From contig MFJJ01000033.1 of the NCBI GenBank assembly GCA_001780895.1, forward strand, positions 1 through 44,038: 44,038 bases of DNA, written 5' to 3'. The position numbers were made by a program, and so were the translations under genes. Origin of the DNA: Candidatus Gottesmanbacteria bacterium RIFCSPHIGHO2_01_FULL_46_14. GTDB taxonomy: Bacteria; Patescibacteriota; Microgenomatia; UBA10105; UBA927. The notes under the pieces were generated by a model that was not told where the DNA came from, did not search any database, and was given only the letters and a program-made list of their open reading frames with translations. Positions 9,498 through 19,305 of this stretch are shown piece after piece (positions within the stretch are counted from its first letter, which is position 1; every line of letters starts with the position of its first letter).

Positions 9498-11050
9498 ATA
9501 AGTAATAAGAAGAGCAGTGTGCTGACACTTACTACGTTAGCAATCAAACGTACCGGCGTGTGACCAAAGGCAACGCGTACCGAATGTTGACCCGGGGGTA
9601 CTGAGAAGGTAATGAGACCGCGCCAATTAATATCCTGAAACTCTATAGGAACTTGCGTGCCATCGACGTATGCCCGCCAACCCGGAAAATACTGGGTATT
9701 ATCGACAATCGTGCTTTCCGTGGTTGATGAAACTTGAAACGTATGTTGTGTTGAACGCTTTTCAATATTCGTCACTATCGTATCTCCTGATGCAACTTGG
9801 ATTGGTGAGGGTGGGTAAGACTGGTGAGGACCAGCAGACCAAACCACGTCCGTTTCACCATAATACGTCGTATTTAAAGGATAGTTCCAGTAAAATCCTT
9901 CATCGCTGACGGTATCAAATCCAAGAGGCGGATTCCAAAAATAGAGCGTGGAGACAATAACCAACGCGAGAGTTCCACAATACATAAGAGGTTTTTGGAA
10001 TACGCGCATCCGCATAAGCAGTCCCGATGCGAGTGTCGTCATGATGACAAATATCGAGAGGAATCGCCAGGGGAATTGAAATTGGCGTAAGATCGGAAAA
10101 TATCTCCAGAGGAATGAAGAGATCGGTTGCATAAAAAATAAAGCAATGAGTGACCATAGAATTATGTAACGCCATAGGGTTTTGTCGCGGGCAAAAAAGA
10201 GAGCGATAACGTGGAAGATGCCAATTTGAACAGAAATGCCTTCTGTTAAAAAAGTTGGAGCGTTTGTAAAATTAGGGATAAAGAGTTGATAAAGTTGCGG
10301 AAAATGCATCTGAAATACGTCTTTCATAAATAAATCACCATAGGTGAATTTTCGCTCGACGATCGCCGGGAGCCAGTACGTCGCGGAAAGTGCAAGTGCC
10401 CCGGCGAGTGCTCCGGCTTGGTAAACCCGAACACGCCACGTCTTACTTGTCACAAATGCAAACGTAGCTGCGAGTGCAAAAAATAGGAGGCTCACCGAGT
10501 TATGGCTCAGGATAAGGAAAGCTCCAGCGACAGCAGTTATAAAAATATTTTTCCGAACTATGCCGTACAAGACAAATGGGAACGCCGCGTATGTGTACGC
10601 TTCACCAAAACTTCCCCGAACGTGCGTTTCCACGAGCCGAAACGGCGCAAACTGATAAAATACAGTGGCGAAAAATGCGATTCGGTCATTGCGCCAAAAC
10701 TCCCGCGAAAACATAAACATTCCAATTCCTGAAAAAACAAAGCTTAGAGCCAAAACAACTTTGAATGTATTGACGAGTCCTAAACCGAGAGAAATAAACG
10801 GCACAGAAACCAAATACGGCGTGTGGTAAATAAAGTTAAATAGCGGCATGCCATAACCATAATTGAGATCTGATGCCCACCTGGGGAGGATTTGACCACC
10901 GGTTATCGCTTTATAATAGGCAGCCATTCTGGCCAAATGTACGGGGCCATCGTGGGTATGAGGAATGTCATTTGTAGTGAAAAAAGGAATAAACGGGAGC
11001 AGTGAGATTGCAACAATGAGCAAATACTGATGTAATACTGATAATCTCAT
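9467..11050 (-). CDS. GT-C-type membrane protein, THDG subfamily ('6-pyruvoyl-tetrahydropterin synthase-related membrane protein' / YfhO-like)
   Basis: THDGPVHLAR, PRWASDLNYGYGMPLFNF, RGSFGE, LSHN, QFPWRF, YFPGW, terminal TM helix. Confidence 0.8.
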   Translation of the reverse strand: MRLSVLHQYLLIVAISLLPFIPFFTTNDIPHTHDGPVHLARMAAYYKAITGGQILPRWASDLNYGYGMPLFNFIYHTPYLVSVPFISLGLGLVNTFKVVLALSFVFSGIGMFMFSREFWRNDRIAFFATVFYQFAPFRLVETHVRGSFGEAYTYAAFPFVLYGIVRKNIFITAVAGAFLILSHNSVSLLFFALAATFAFVTSKTWRVRVYQAGALAGALALSATYWLPAIVERKFTYGDLFMKDVFQMHFPQLYQLFIPNFTNAPTFLTEGISVQIGIFHVIALFFARDKTLWRYIILWSLIALFFMQPISSFLWRYFPILRQFQFPWRFLSIFVIMTTLASGLLMRMRVFQKPLMYCGTLALVIVSTLYFWNPPLGFDTVSDEGFYWNYPLNTTYYGETDVVWSAGPHQSYPPSPIQVASGDTIVTNIEKRSTQHTFQVSSTTESTIVDNTQYFPGWRAYVDGTQVPIEFQDINWRGLITFSVPPGQHSVRVAFGHTPVRLIANVVSVSTLLFLLLIWVKKKYFYH

Positions 11051-11066
11051 TATGAGAATTATAGCA
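11040..11066. promoter_or_regulatory. Back-to-back start codons (CAT-T-ATG) with putative -10 boxes inside each partner CDS
   Basis: Minus-strand TGcTATAAT (TATAAT 11063-11058) is 7 nt before ATG 11050. Plus-strand GATAAT 11040-11045 is 6 nt before ATG 11052. TCTCAT-T-ATGAGA is an inverted repeat. Confidence 0.55.
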
Positions 11067-12464
11067 AAGATAGCACCATTTTTTATTGTACTGCTATCCT
11101 TGATTCTAAGACTCTATAACATAGAGCAGTTTGCGGAATTTTTGGGAGATCAGGGAAGGACCGGTATCATCGTCTATGAAGCCTGGCGCGACCGGACAAT
11201 TCCCCTTATCGGACCGACGGTGTTAACCGGTCAGCATTTGGGTCCGGCTTGGTATTACCTCATCGGCCCGTTTTATATCCTTTCGAGATTTAATCCTCTC
11301 GGACCGGCAGTTGGAATGGCACTTTATGGCGCTTTGGCTACACTTACACTCTACCTTCTCACAAAAAAATTGTATGGCCCTTTTATCGGATCACTCGTTG
11401 CACTTCTTTGGTCAGTATCGCCTTTAATAGTGCGACAGGATCAAACTATTTGGGAACCGAATCTCGTACCATTATTTGTTCTCGTGTTTCTTCTGGGTCT
11501 CAAAAATCGCAATTACCTTCTTCTTTGGGGAGCGTGTGGAGTACTTGTTCAACTCCATATACCCAATATTATTTTCATCCCGATTGCGATAGTCGTTTCG
11601 CGAAGATGGAAGCCTGCGTTTGCAGGCGTTCTGTTGTTTTTGCTCATTCAAGTGCCGTTTTTTGTGTATGAGACGCAACACGGATTTAGAGATATTGTCG
11701 GAGTTATGAATGTCATGAGTCAGCCGAGCGCGTTTTCAAAGACCCAGTTTCTTATGTCTTTTATTGACTACACATCTCGAGTGTTTTTTCGGGCAATACC
11801 TACGGGAAATCAAGTTGCCATGATCGTTATTCAGCTGATGTTGGGACTCCTCCTTCTGGTCAGCAAAAGTCGTTGGAATATTTTTTTATTGGCAATCTAT
11901 GTATTCGGAATTGCTGCAATGGCAAGATACCAGGGGCTCGTTCACGATCACTATCTTAATTTCCTACTGCCGTTTCCCTTTCTCTTTATTGCCAATGGGC
12001 TCCGCATCGTTCATAAATACTCGAAATTGGGAACAGTTCTTGTGGGGAGCATTCTTATTATCTGGCAAATAACAAAGCCCGGGTATTTTCCCCAACCCAG
12101 AGGCGATATTGATCGGGTTGGGGAGGGAGCAAGTGCCATTGTTCAAGATGCGCAGGGGTTTTCATATTCATTTACCGTGATCGGCTCGCCGTCATTTAAC
12201 GATCTTCACTACCGGTATTTTTTCTTACTCAACCATTCCGTTCCCGCTGACATTCGTACACATAATGTAGACAAACTTTATGTTATTTGTGAAATAGGGA
12301 ATATGTGCCCAAATCTCGACCAGCATGCAGTGATTAATGTGATGTGTTTTGATGCCCACTGTGAGGGCGAGTACCCAAAGCTCAACTTGTGGGAATGGAA
12401 TTATGAAAAAACTATTCCTGTTGGAAGTAGTTTTATCTTCGTCTTTGGTACAATAAAAGCATGA
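11052..12464 (+). CDS. GT-C glycosyltransferase-like membrane protein, DQGR/LIGP subfamily
   Basis: FLGDQGRT...PLIGP...HLGPAWYY, WEPN, QLH, polytopic; four Cys in the C-terminal soluble domain. Confidence 0.8.
   Translation: MRIIAKIAPFFIVLLSLILRLYNIEQFAEFLGDQGRTGIIVYEAWRDRTIPLIGPTVLTGQHLGPAWYYLIGPFYILSRFNPLGPAVGMALYGALATLTLYLLTKKLYGPFIGSLVALLWSVSPLIVRQDQTIWEPNLVPLFVLVFLLGLKNRNYLLLWGACGVLVQLHIPNIIFIPIAIVVSRRWKPAFAGVLLFLLIQVPFFVYETQHGFRDIVGVMNVMSQPSAFSKTQFLMSFIDYTSRVFFRAIPTGNQVAMIVIQLMLGLLLLVSKSRWNIFLLAIYVFGIAAMARYQGLVHDHYLNFLLPFPFLFIANGLRIVHKYSKLGTVLVGSILIIWQITKPGYFPQPRGDIDRVGEGASAIVQDAQGFSYSFTVIGSPSFNDLHYRYFFLLNHSVPADIRTHNVDKLYVICEIGNMCPNLDQHAVINVMCFDAHCEGEYPKLNLWEWNYEKTIPVGSSFIFVFGTIKA
12446..12454 (+). 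promoter_or_regulatory. Putative extended -10 box (TGgTACAAT) 6 nt before ATG 12461
   Basis: TGG TACAAT aaaagc ATG; lies in the last codons of the upstream CDS. Confidence 0.45.
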
Positions 12465-13678
12465 ACCTTGCCGCAATCAATGCCATTGTCCTGTTTGTCT
12501 TGGCTATTCCTATGGTCATGAAGTATCGCATCCTGCCGATTGAAGGAACACCATATTGGCTATTTGGTATCTTGTTTATCCTTCTTGTTGCTAATGTCGT
12601 TGTATCACTTTTTTCAAAAGAGAGGAGGCTTTCCTATATTTGTATATTTACGAGCATTGCAATTTCCCTTGGGGGTGTGCTTTGGACTTCTATGGTTGAT
12701 CGAAGCAGAACCGCACCTGCCTTGGGAGTTCACGACATTATTCTTCAGCAGGAGGCGGCGATGCGCTATGTAATTGAAGGAAAAAATCCGTATAAAGAAA
12801 CGTATTTCGGTACACCGGTTGAATCCTTTCATTATGCCGATAGTACGGGTAAATCGGCGATCAATCCGGCTCTTTACCATTTTGTGATGCCGCCGTGGTA
12901 TCTCATACTCCCTTTCCTCTTTTATTTTCCGGCAACTTCAATCCTCGGGTTTTTTGACGGACGGATGGTGTTGGGTGCCGGCATGATCGTGACGGTAATT
13001 CTCCTCTGGCGATGGTTTCGCGATAAAGAATTGGGAATTCTCACGATCCTTATTACCGCGTTGTCTCCGGCAACCGTTGATTATTTCATCGAGGGAAGAA
13101 GTGATGGATTTGTGCTCCCGTGGCTTGTCGGTGCATTGTTTGCACTTGACCGTAGAAAGTGGTTCGTGAGCGCGGTTCTTATGGGGTTTTCCCTTATGAG
13201 TAAACAAACGACGTGGATCCTCTTGCCCTATTTTGTTGGTTTTCTGTGGATGAAGCGAAAACGTATGCCGTTACTCGTTACAGCGAGCGTCGTTGCCTTA
13301 CTCTCTCTCCCGTTTTTTTTATGGGACGCAGGCGCATTTATCGAAAGCACGATCTTGTATCTAAGTGGCAACAGTGCTACCAGCTATCCAGTTTCAGGAT
13401 ACGGATTGGGAATGGTGTTATATGAACTGGGTTTCATAAAAGATCTCCACGCCTACTATCCATTTCTATTCTGGCAGATGCTCGTAACGATTCCAGCCTT
13501 AGTTTTGGGATTTCGATGGCTTAAAAAAACGATGAAAATATCCTCTCTCATTCTCGTGTATGCATTGACACTATTTCTCTTCTGGTACACGAGCCGGTAT
13601 TTTAATAATAGTCATGCAGGTTTTTTGTCTTGGATTTTTGTTCTTGGAACAATGAGGTATATCGATGAAAAATCTTAA
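12461..13678 (+). CDS. GT87-like (PimE/MptC-type GT-C) membrane glycosyltransferase
   Basis: HD...QE A...GKNPY, (Y/F)xxPP-like FVMPP, FFDGR, EGRSD, SKQ, LPFFLWD; polytopic with no soluble C-terminal domain. Confidence 0.65.
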   Translation: MNLAAINAIVLFVLAIPMVMKYRILPIEGTPYWLFGILFILLVANVVVSLFSKERRLSYICIFTSIAISLGGVLWTSMVDRSRTAPALGVHDIILQQEAAMRYVIEGKNPYKETYFGTPVESFHYADSTGKSAINPALYHFVMPPWYLILPFLFYFPATSILGFFDGRMVLGAGMIVTVILLWRWFRDKELGILTILITALSPATVDYFIEGRSDGFVLPWLVGALFALDRRKWFVSAVLMGFSLMSKQTTWILLPYFVGFLWMKRKRMPLLVTASVVALLSLPFFLWDAGAFIESTILYLSGNSATSYPVSGYGLGMVLYELGFIKDLHAYYPFLFWQMLVTIPALVLGFRWLKKTMKISSLILVYALTLFLFWYTSRYFNNSHAGFLSWIFVLGTMRYIDEKS

Positions 13679-15230
13679 ATACGTTGCCCTTTTAGGAATT
13701 GTCCTGTTCGGATTCGTTTTACGAATCTATAAGGTTTCATCCATACCACCTTCCTTGACGTGGGACGAGGTGTCTATCGGATACAATGCCTATTCGATCC
13801 TCAAAACCGGACACGACGAGCACGGAAGGTATTTCCCTTTTGACACATTCGCGGCCTACGGTGACTACAAACCGCCAATTCCCATTTATCTCACTGTCCC
13901 GTTTGTTGCAGTATTTGGGCTCAATGAACTGGCGGTTCGATTGCCTTCGGTGCTGGCCGGGACGTTCACTATTTTATTCGTGTATTTTTTTGTCAAAGAA
14001 CTCTTTGGTAACGAGGAGGTATCAATGCTCACGTCGCTGCTTCTAACGATTTCTCCTTGGCACATTCAACTCTCACGGGCGGGGTTTGAAGCAAATATCG
14101 CGTTATTTTTTGTGGTTTTGGGTTCGTATCTCATTCTCAAGAAGAAGTTTTTAATCTGTTGGACTGGGTACGTCGCGGCGATTTATACGTTTAATAGCGC
14201 CAGATACGTCGTGCCGTTTTTGTCTATTATTTTCTTCGTCTACGTAAGAAAAGATCTTCTTGCCTATAAAGGAAAAATAGCCAAGGGTTTATTGATTGCA
14301 TTCATTTTAATTCTTCCCATAGTGCCGCACTTACTGTCGAAGGAGGCGAGGATTCGGTTTTCAGAAGTAAATATTTTTTCTGATCCAGGGCTAGTGCTAA
14401 CGGCAAATGACCGTATGGCCCTTGATGGTGGTCTATGGGCGAATATTTTTCATAATCGTCGGATAGGATATATGCGTTCCTATCTTTTGCATTTTTTTGA
14501 TAACCTCGAACCACGCTTTTTATTCACCCGGGGTGACGGCAATCCTAAATTCTCTCTCCAGGATGTTGGCGAGTTTTATCTCGTTGAGGTACCATTTTTT
14601 ATTTTGGGCTTTATTTGGTTATTTCGTAACCAGCGTCGTATCGTCTGGGTGCTTGTGGGATGGATCATTGCATCAATTATTCCGGCAGCCACAGCACGCG
14701 AAACACCGCACGCACTGCGCATTGAAAACACCTTACCTGCGTTTCTTATCGTCATCTCCTACGCAATTTCACAAATGACACGCAAGCGAATTTTTACCAT
14801 CGGTATTGTCGTCCTGTATGCAGCCAATTTTTCCTTTTTTTGGCACAACTACATGAATCACTACGCAACAGAATTTTCCGGCGAATGGCAGTATGGGTAT
14901 AAACAAGCACTTGTTGCGATTAGGCCCTACCGTGATCAATATAAACAAATAGTAATAACAGAAAGCATTGGAAGGCCGTATATGTATGTCTTGTTTTATG
15001 AAAAAATCGACCCTTCGACGATAAAAGATTTACTGTCATCGTATTTTGACGCAGATGGGTTTTATCATGTTACCCGCGTAGGCAAATATGCGTTTGTCAA
15101 AGAAGTGATCGGTTTTGAAAAAGATACACTGTATGTCTTGACGCCTCGTGAGGTCCACCCGAAGGCACAAATTCTCGGTGAAATTCAGCTTCTCAATGGT
15201 ACAAAATATCTCAGTATTTTTGATATATGA
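13665..15230 (+). CDS. GT-C glycosyltransferase, ArnT/PMT_2-like, GYNAYS subfamily
   Basis: LTWDEVSIGYNAYSILKTGHDEHG...YGDYKPP, AVRLPS, PWHIQLSRAGFEAN, PHALR, WQYGY. Confidence 0.85.
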   Translation: MKNLKYVALLGIVLFGFVLRIYKVSSIPPSLTWDEVSIGYNAYSILKTGHDEHGRYFPFDTFAAYGDYKPPIPIYLTVPFVAVFGLNELAVRLPSVLAGTFTILFVYFFVKELFGNEEVSMLTSLLLTISPWHIQLSRAGFEANIALFFVVLGSYLILKKKFLICWTGYVAAIYTFNSARYVVPFLSIIFFVYVRKDLLAYKGKIAKGLLIAFILILPIVPHLLSKEARIRFSEVNIFSDPGLVLTANDRMALDGGLWANIFHNRRIGYMRSYLLHFFDNLEPRFLFTRGDGNPKFSLQDVGEFYLVEVPFFILGFIWLFRNQRRIVWVLVGWIIASIIPAATARETPHALRIENTLPAFLIVISYAISQMTRKRIFTIGIVVLYAANFSFFWHNYMNHYATEFSGEWQYGYKQALVAIRPYRDQYKQIVITESIGRPYMYVLFYEKIDPSTIKDLLSSYFDADGFYHVTRVGKYAFVKEVIGFEKDTLYVLTPREVHPKAQILGEIQLLNGTKYLSIFDI

Positions 15231-16801
15231 AAAAATATTTGTTTTTTGGAATTATTATGATTGCAGCCGCTTTGCGGCTTTGGCAGATTGGACAAGTGCC
15301 CGCAAGTCCGGACTGGGATGAAGCAGCGTTAGGCTACAATGCCTATTCCGTTCTTAAGACCGGTCGGGATGAGTATGGGACGTGGTTTCCCATGGTGCTT
15401 CGCTCCTTCGACGATTATAAACCGCCTTTATATATGTATTTGACTATTCCATCTGTTGCAATTTTTGGTCTCGAAACGTGGGCAGTGAGATTACCATCGG
15501 CGATAGCAGGGGTTTTGGCAGTGGTTGGTACGTATTGTTTGGTACTGGAGCTTTTTAAATCCCGGCGATTGGCTCTAATCGCCTCATTTCTGTTAGCGAT
15601 TTCTCCGTGGCATATCCAGTTTTCCCGGATTGCGTTTGAGGCAAACATTGGCGTGACCATTAATATCTGGGCCGTTTATTTGTTTCTCAAGGGTCTGCAA
15701 AAAGAAAAACTACTAATGATTTCAGCCTTTTTATTTGGTTTAGGTTTTTACGCGTATCATAGCGAACGTATATTTCTTCCGCTTCTCGTGGTGATATTAT
15801 CCTTGATATTTCGACAAGAGCTTGCCAAAAGGCGCCGAGAGGTATTGGTTGCGGCAATCATTGGGTTTATTACGATTGCTCCGATACTCTTTACATTTTT
15901 GGATCCGGCGACACTCTCGCGTCTTCGAGGAACGAGTTCATTTGCCGATCAAACACCACTTCTTTCTCGAAGCGTTGCAAAGCTCGAACAGGATCAAAGA
16001 ACCGGAAATCCGTGGGGAGTGATTTTTGATAATCGCCGTCTCGTATGGATGAGTACTGTAGTGGAAGGATATCTATCTCATTTTTCTCTCAAATGGATAT
16101 TTTTAACGGGTGATAATCCAAGGCATCACGCGCCAGATACCGGCCTCCTGTATCTTGTCGAGCTTCCGTTTGTTTTGTGGGGTTTGTATCATCTTGTTAT
16201 TGACTGGAAAGAAAAATCGTCTCGACTTATTCTCTTTTGGTTTTTAGCAGCTCCGATTGCAGCAGCCCCAACGACAGGGCTTCCCCATGCCATTCGGACT
16301 CTGGTATTTCTGCCGACGTTTCAGATCATGACGGCTATCGGAATCAAAAAACTTCCTTCTCGTTTTTTTCCGTTTTTCGTTTTGGTGTTTGTCCTCAATG
16401 TTATCTTCTATCTTCATATGTACTTTGGACATATGAATCGTGAATACTCACAGTTCTGGCAATACGGATATAAACAGGCGGTAGATTATGTTAAAGCCAA
16501 CAATAGAAAATATAAAAAAATTGTCGTCTCGATCCAGCTTGAGCAACCATACATATTTTTCCTCTATTATCTTGCATACGACCCCGCCAAATACTTGGCT
16601 CAAGGTGGTACAAAGTCAGGAGGATTTGAAGAAGTGCGAAACAAATTTGATATTTTTGAATTCCGTCCGATCGACTGGGACCGCGAAAAGCGAAACCGTG
16701 ATGAGCTTTACATCGGGACTCCAAAAGAAATCCGCGGGTCTGTTTTGCAGTCGATTCTGTATCTGGATGGAAGTGAAGCGATCCGTATTGCCCAGCAGTA
16801 A
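15227..16801 (+). CDS. GT-C glycosyltransferase, ArnT/PMT_2-like, GYNAYS subfamily
   Basis: PDWDEAALGYNAYSVLKTGRDEYG...FDDYKPP, AVRLPSA, PWHIQFSRIAFEAN, PHAIR, WQYGY. Confidence 0.85.
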   Translation: MKKYLFFGIIMIAAALRLWQIGQVPASPDWDEAALGYNAYSVLKTGRDEYGTWFPMVLRSFDDYKPPLYMYLTIPSVAIFGLETWAVRLPSAIAGVLAVVGTYCLVLELFKSRRLALIASFLLAISPWHIQFSRIAFEANIGVTINIWAVYLFLKGLQKEKLLMISAFLFGLGFYAYHSERIFLPLLVVILSLIFRQELAKRRREVLVAAIIGFITIAPILFTFLDPATLSRLRGTSSFADQTPLLSRSVAKLEQDQRTGNPWGVIFDNRRLVWMSTVVEGYLSHFSLKWIFLTGDNPRHHAPDTGLLYLVELPFVLWGLYHLVIDWKEKSSRLILFWFLAAPIAAAPTTGLPHAIRTLVFLPTFQIMTAIGIKKLPSRFFPFFVLVFVLNVIFYLHMYFGHMNREYSQFWQYGYKQAVDYVKANNRKYKKIVVSIQLEQPYIFFLYYLAYDPAKYLAQGGTKSGGFEEVRNKFDIFEFRPIDWDREKRNRDELYIGTPKEIRGSVLQSILYLDGSEAIRIAQQ

Positions 16802-16804
16802 TAT

Positions 16805-17824
16805 ATGAAGATACTTATCACCGGAGGACAGGGATTTTTAGGTAGCTACCTCGTCGATTATCTAGCCAATAAAGGTCAGGAAGTGATTGTTTTCGACAAG
16901 CTCGCCCACGACGTTTCTGGGGATATTACGTCTCGAAAAGATGTACGCACAGTGTTTGAGAAATACGGCCCGTTTGATACTGTGTATCATTTGGCCTCTG
17001 CGATGCCTGACAAAGTGGTTAGTAACGACGTGACATGGAAAACAAATGTACATGGAACAATCAATGTGGTCTCTGAGGCTGTCAAAAACAAAGCGAAGTC
17101 ATTTGTGTTTACCTCAAGCAATGTGACATACGGTATTCCCAAAGAGCTTCCCGTAACAGAAGAAACACAACTCCATCCACTTGAGGTGTACGGGAAAAGC
17201 AAGGCACAAGCCGAAGCGGAGCTTGCAAAATTTGCGGGTCAGATCAATATTCAAATCTTTCGTTGTCCGGTCATCACCGGCGTCGGCAGATTGGGTCTGC
17301 AGGCAATTCTTTTTGAGTTTATTTCTGAGAACAGAAACGTCTACACACTGGGAGACGGATCAAATAAATATCAGTTTGTTGACGCGCAGGACGTGTGCCA
17401 GGCATTAGAAAAGGCGAGTCACATGCTTGGATTTGACATCTATACTATCGGGGGCGACGGTGTTATGACAATCAAGGAGGTTTACAAAAAGCTTATAGAA
17501 GCAGCGGGGAGCCGGTCAAAGGTAATACCTCTTCCCGCATTTTTGACACTTGGTGTTCTGGCGTTCCTCGACAGGTTTAATATTTCGCCCCTTGGTGTAT
17601 ATCAGTATTCAATGCTGGGTAGATCCCTTTATATGGATACGACAAAAATTAAGAAAAAGCTTAAATGGAAACCCAAAAAAACCAATGCACAGTCTTTTAT
17701 AGAAAATTATGAGTGGTATGTAAAACATAAAGGAACATTTACAGAAGTAGGATCCGGAAAAGCATCAAATAACAAAAGTCTTCCTAAGATGAAAATTTTT
17801 AAATTGTTAAAATTTCTCTCGTGA
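16805..17824 (+). CDS. NAD-dependent epimerase/dehydratase (extended SDR)
   Basis: ITGGQGFLG Rossmann motif, HLAS, TSS, YGKSK (YxxxK), GDGSNKYQFV. Confidence 0.9.
   Translation: MKILITGGQGFLGSYLVDYLANKGQEVIVFDKLAHDVSGDITSRKDVRTVFEKYGPFDTVYHLASAMPDKVVSNDVTWKTNVHGTINVVSEAVKNKAKSFVFTSSNVTYGIPKELPVTEETQLHPLEVYGKSKAQAEAELAKFAGQINIQIFRCPVITGVGRLGLQAILFEFISENRNVYTLGDGSNKYQFVDAQDVCQALEKASHMLGFDIYTIGGDGVMTIKEVYKKLIEAAGSRSKVIPLPAFLTLGVLAFLDRFNISPLGVYQYSMLGRSLYMDTTKIKKKLKWKPKKTNAQSFIENYEWYVKHKGTFTEVGSGKASNNKSLPKMKIFKLLKFLS
17805..17813 (+). promoter_or_regulatory. Putative extended -10 box (TGtTAAAAT) 7 nt before GTG 17821
   Basis: TGT TAAAAT ttctctc GTG; no Shine-Dalgarno sequence visible. Confidence 0.4.
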
Positions 17825-19305
17825 ATAGATATCTTATTGCAATTCTCATTCTGGCTGCTTTTTTGCGTCTTTGGAAGTTAGGAAGCGTTCCGCCGAGTGC
17901 AAGCATGGACGAAGCTTCTGTTGGATGGAACGCATACTCTGTATTAAAAACCGGCGTTGATGAGTACGGAGAATTTCCGCTCATATCGCAGCGTGGGTAC
18001 GACGATTGGAGAAGATCAACATATCTGTTCCTTACGATCCCGTTTATAGCTTTTTTTGATTTACAGGTAATTTCAATACGTCTTCCGGCGGTAATTCTTT
18101 CTTTGTTTACTATTTGGGCAACGTACCATATTGTGTTGCGTTTGTTTTCAAAAGATAGAATTGCAATACTTTCCGCACTACTCCTTGCCATAAGTCCATG
18201 GCATATCTACATTTCCCGCCTTGGGCACGAGTCCAATGCGTATTTGTCATTTTTTGTTTTCGGGGTCCTGTTTTTTCTGGAAAGTCGATGGTTCGTGGCC
18301 ATCGTATTTTTTACTCTATCGATGATGAGTTACTATGCAGGGCAAGTATTGGTGCCGCTCTTTGGCTTAGGGCTTCTTATAATTTATCGCGATTCATTTA
18401 AGAAGTTTGTCGTTCCGATTATGGTATCTGTTCCATTTCTCGTTCCAATTTTTTGGACTATTTTTTCGCCAAGTGCAATGGTGCGTTTCCAAGGAACGAG
18501 TGCCTTTGATTTTACACAGAAGAAGATAACCAATGGAAAAATACTTATGAATAATTATCTGTCTCATTTTAGGCCTACATGGCTGTTTACGAATTCCGGA
18601 AGTGAGTCATTTAAAGTGCCGAATCTGGGACTTCTTTATGTGTGGGAACTGCCATTTATTGTCATCGGAATTATTTCATTGCTGCGTCGTCGTGATGTGG
18701 ATCACCGTGCAAAAAAACTAATATTTCTTTGGTTTTTTCTTGCTCCGCTACCGGCGTCGATTGCGACACAGGCGCCTCATGCAATGCGTTCATATGCATC
18801 TGTAGTTCCCTGGCAAATAATAACCGCCCTTGGACTTTATTGGACCGTATCAAATCTTAAAATTCCTTCGTTTATTATTGCGTTGACATTGCTCCTGGTC
18901 AGTTTGCGTTTGTTTTATCCGAATTATTTTATTGTTTTTCCAAGAGAACAGTCTGATTCATTTCATTTCGCACTATCCAAAGCACTTCCGAATATTTTTT
19001 CTAGAGAACAAGGGGTTAATAAAATCGTTTTTTCCAATAAAGACAATTTGTATCAATCATATATGTTGTATTTATACTATCGTCATTTTGATCCGTTCAC
19101 GTATCAGCGAATGGGCGGGACAAAATCAGGTGGGTTTGCCGAAACGCATGCAATCGGCAAATATGAATTTCGTCCGATTAATTGGAGCAATGAAGAACCG
19201 GGATTGTATGTTGGCAATGTATCCGAGTTTCCCGACGGGGTAACTGGTATCGGAATGACAAATAAAACAGGAAAAGAAGTGATTAAAATAGTAGAACGGA
19301 AATAA
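17821..19305 (+). CDS. GT-C glycosyltransferase, ArnT/PMT_2-like, GYNAYS subfamily
   Basis: ASMDEASVGWNAYSVLKTGVDEYG...YDDWR, IRLPA, PWHIYISRLGHESN, PHAMR, GGTKSGGF shared with 15227..16801. Confidence 0.85.
   Translation: MNRYLIAILILAAFLRLWKLGSVPPSASMDEASVGWNAYSVLKTGVDEYGEFPLISQRGYDDWRRSTYLFLTIPFIAFFDLQVISIRLPAVILSLFTIWATYHIVLRLFSKDRIAILSALLLAISPWHIYISRLGHESNAYLSFFVFGVLFFLESRWFVAIVFFTLSMMSYYAGQVLVPLFGLGLLIIYRDSFKKFVVPIMVSVPFLVPIFWTIFSPSAMVRFQGTSAFDFTQKKITNGKILMNNYLSHFRPTWLFTNSGSESFKVPNLGLLYVWELPFIVIGIISLLRRRDVDHRAKKLIFLWFFLAPLPASIATQAPHAMRSYASVVPWQIITALGLYWTVSNLKIPSFIIALTLLLVSLRLFYPNYFIVFPREQSDSFHFALSKALPNIFSREQGVNKIVFSNKDNLYQSYMLYLYYRHFDPFTYQRMGGTKSGGFAETHAIGKYEFRPINWSNEEPGLYVGNVSEFPDGVTGIGMTNKTGKEVIKIVERK

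Noticed and set aside
13780-15370. Short nucleotide similarities among GYNAYS, GGTKSGGF and VPIEFQD motifs of paralogs
   Set aside because: Third positions differ freely, so this is protein-level conservation, unlike the 38.9/43.0 kb tract.
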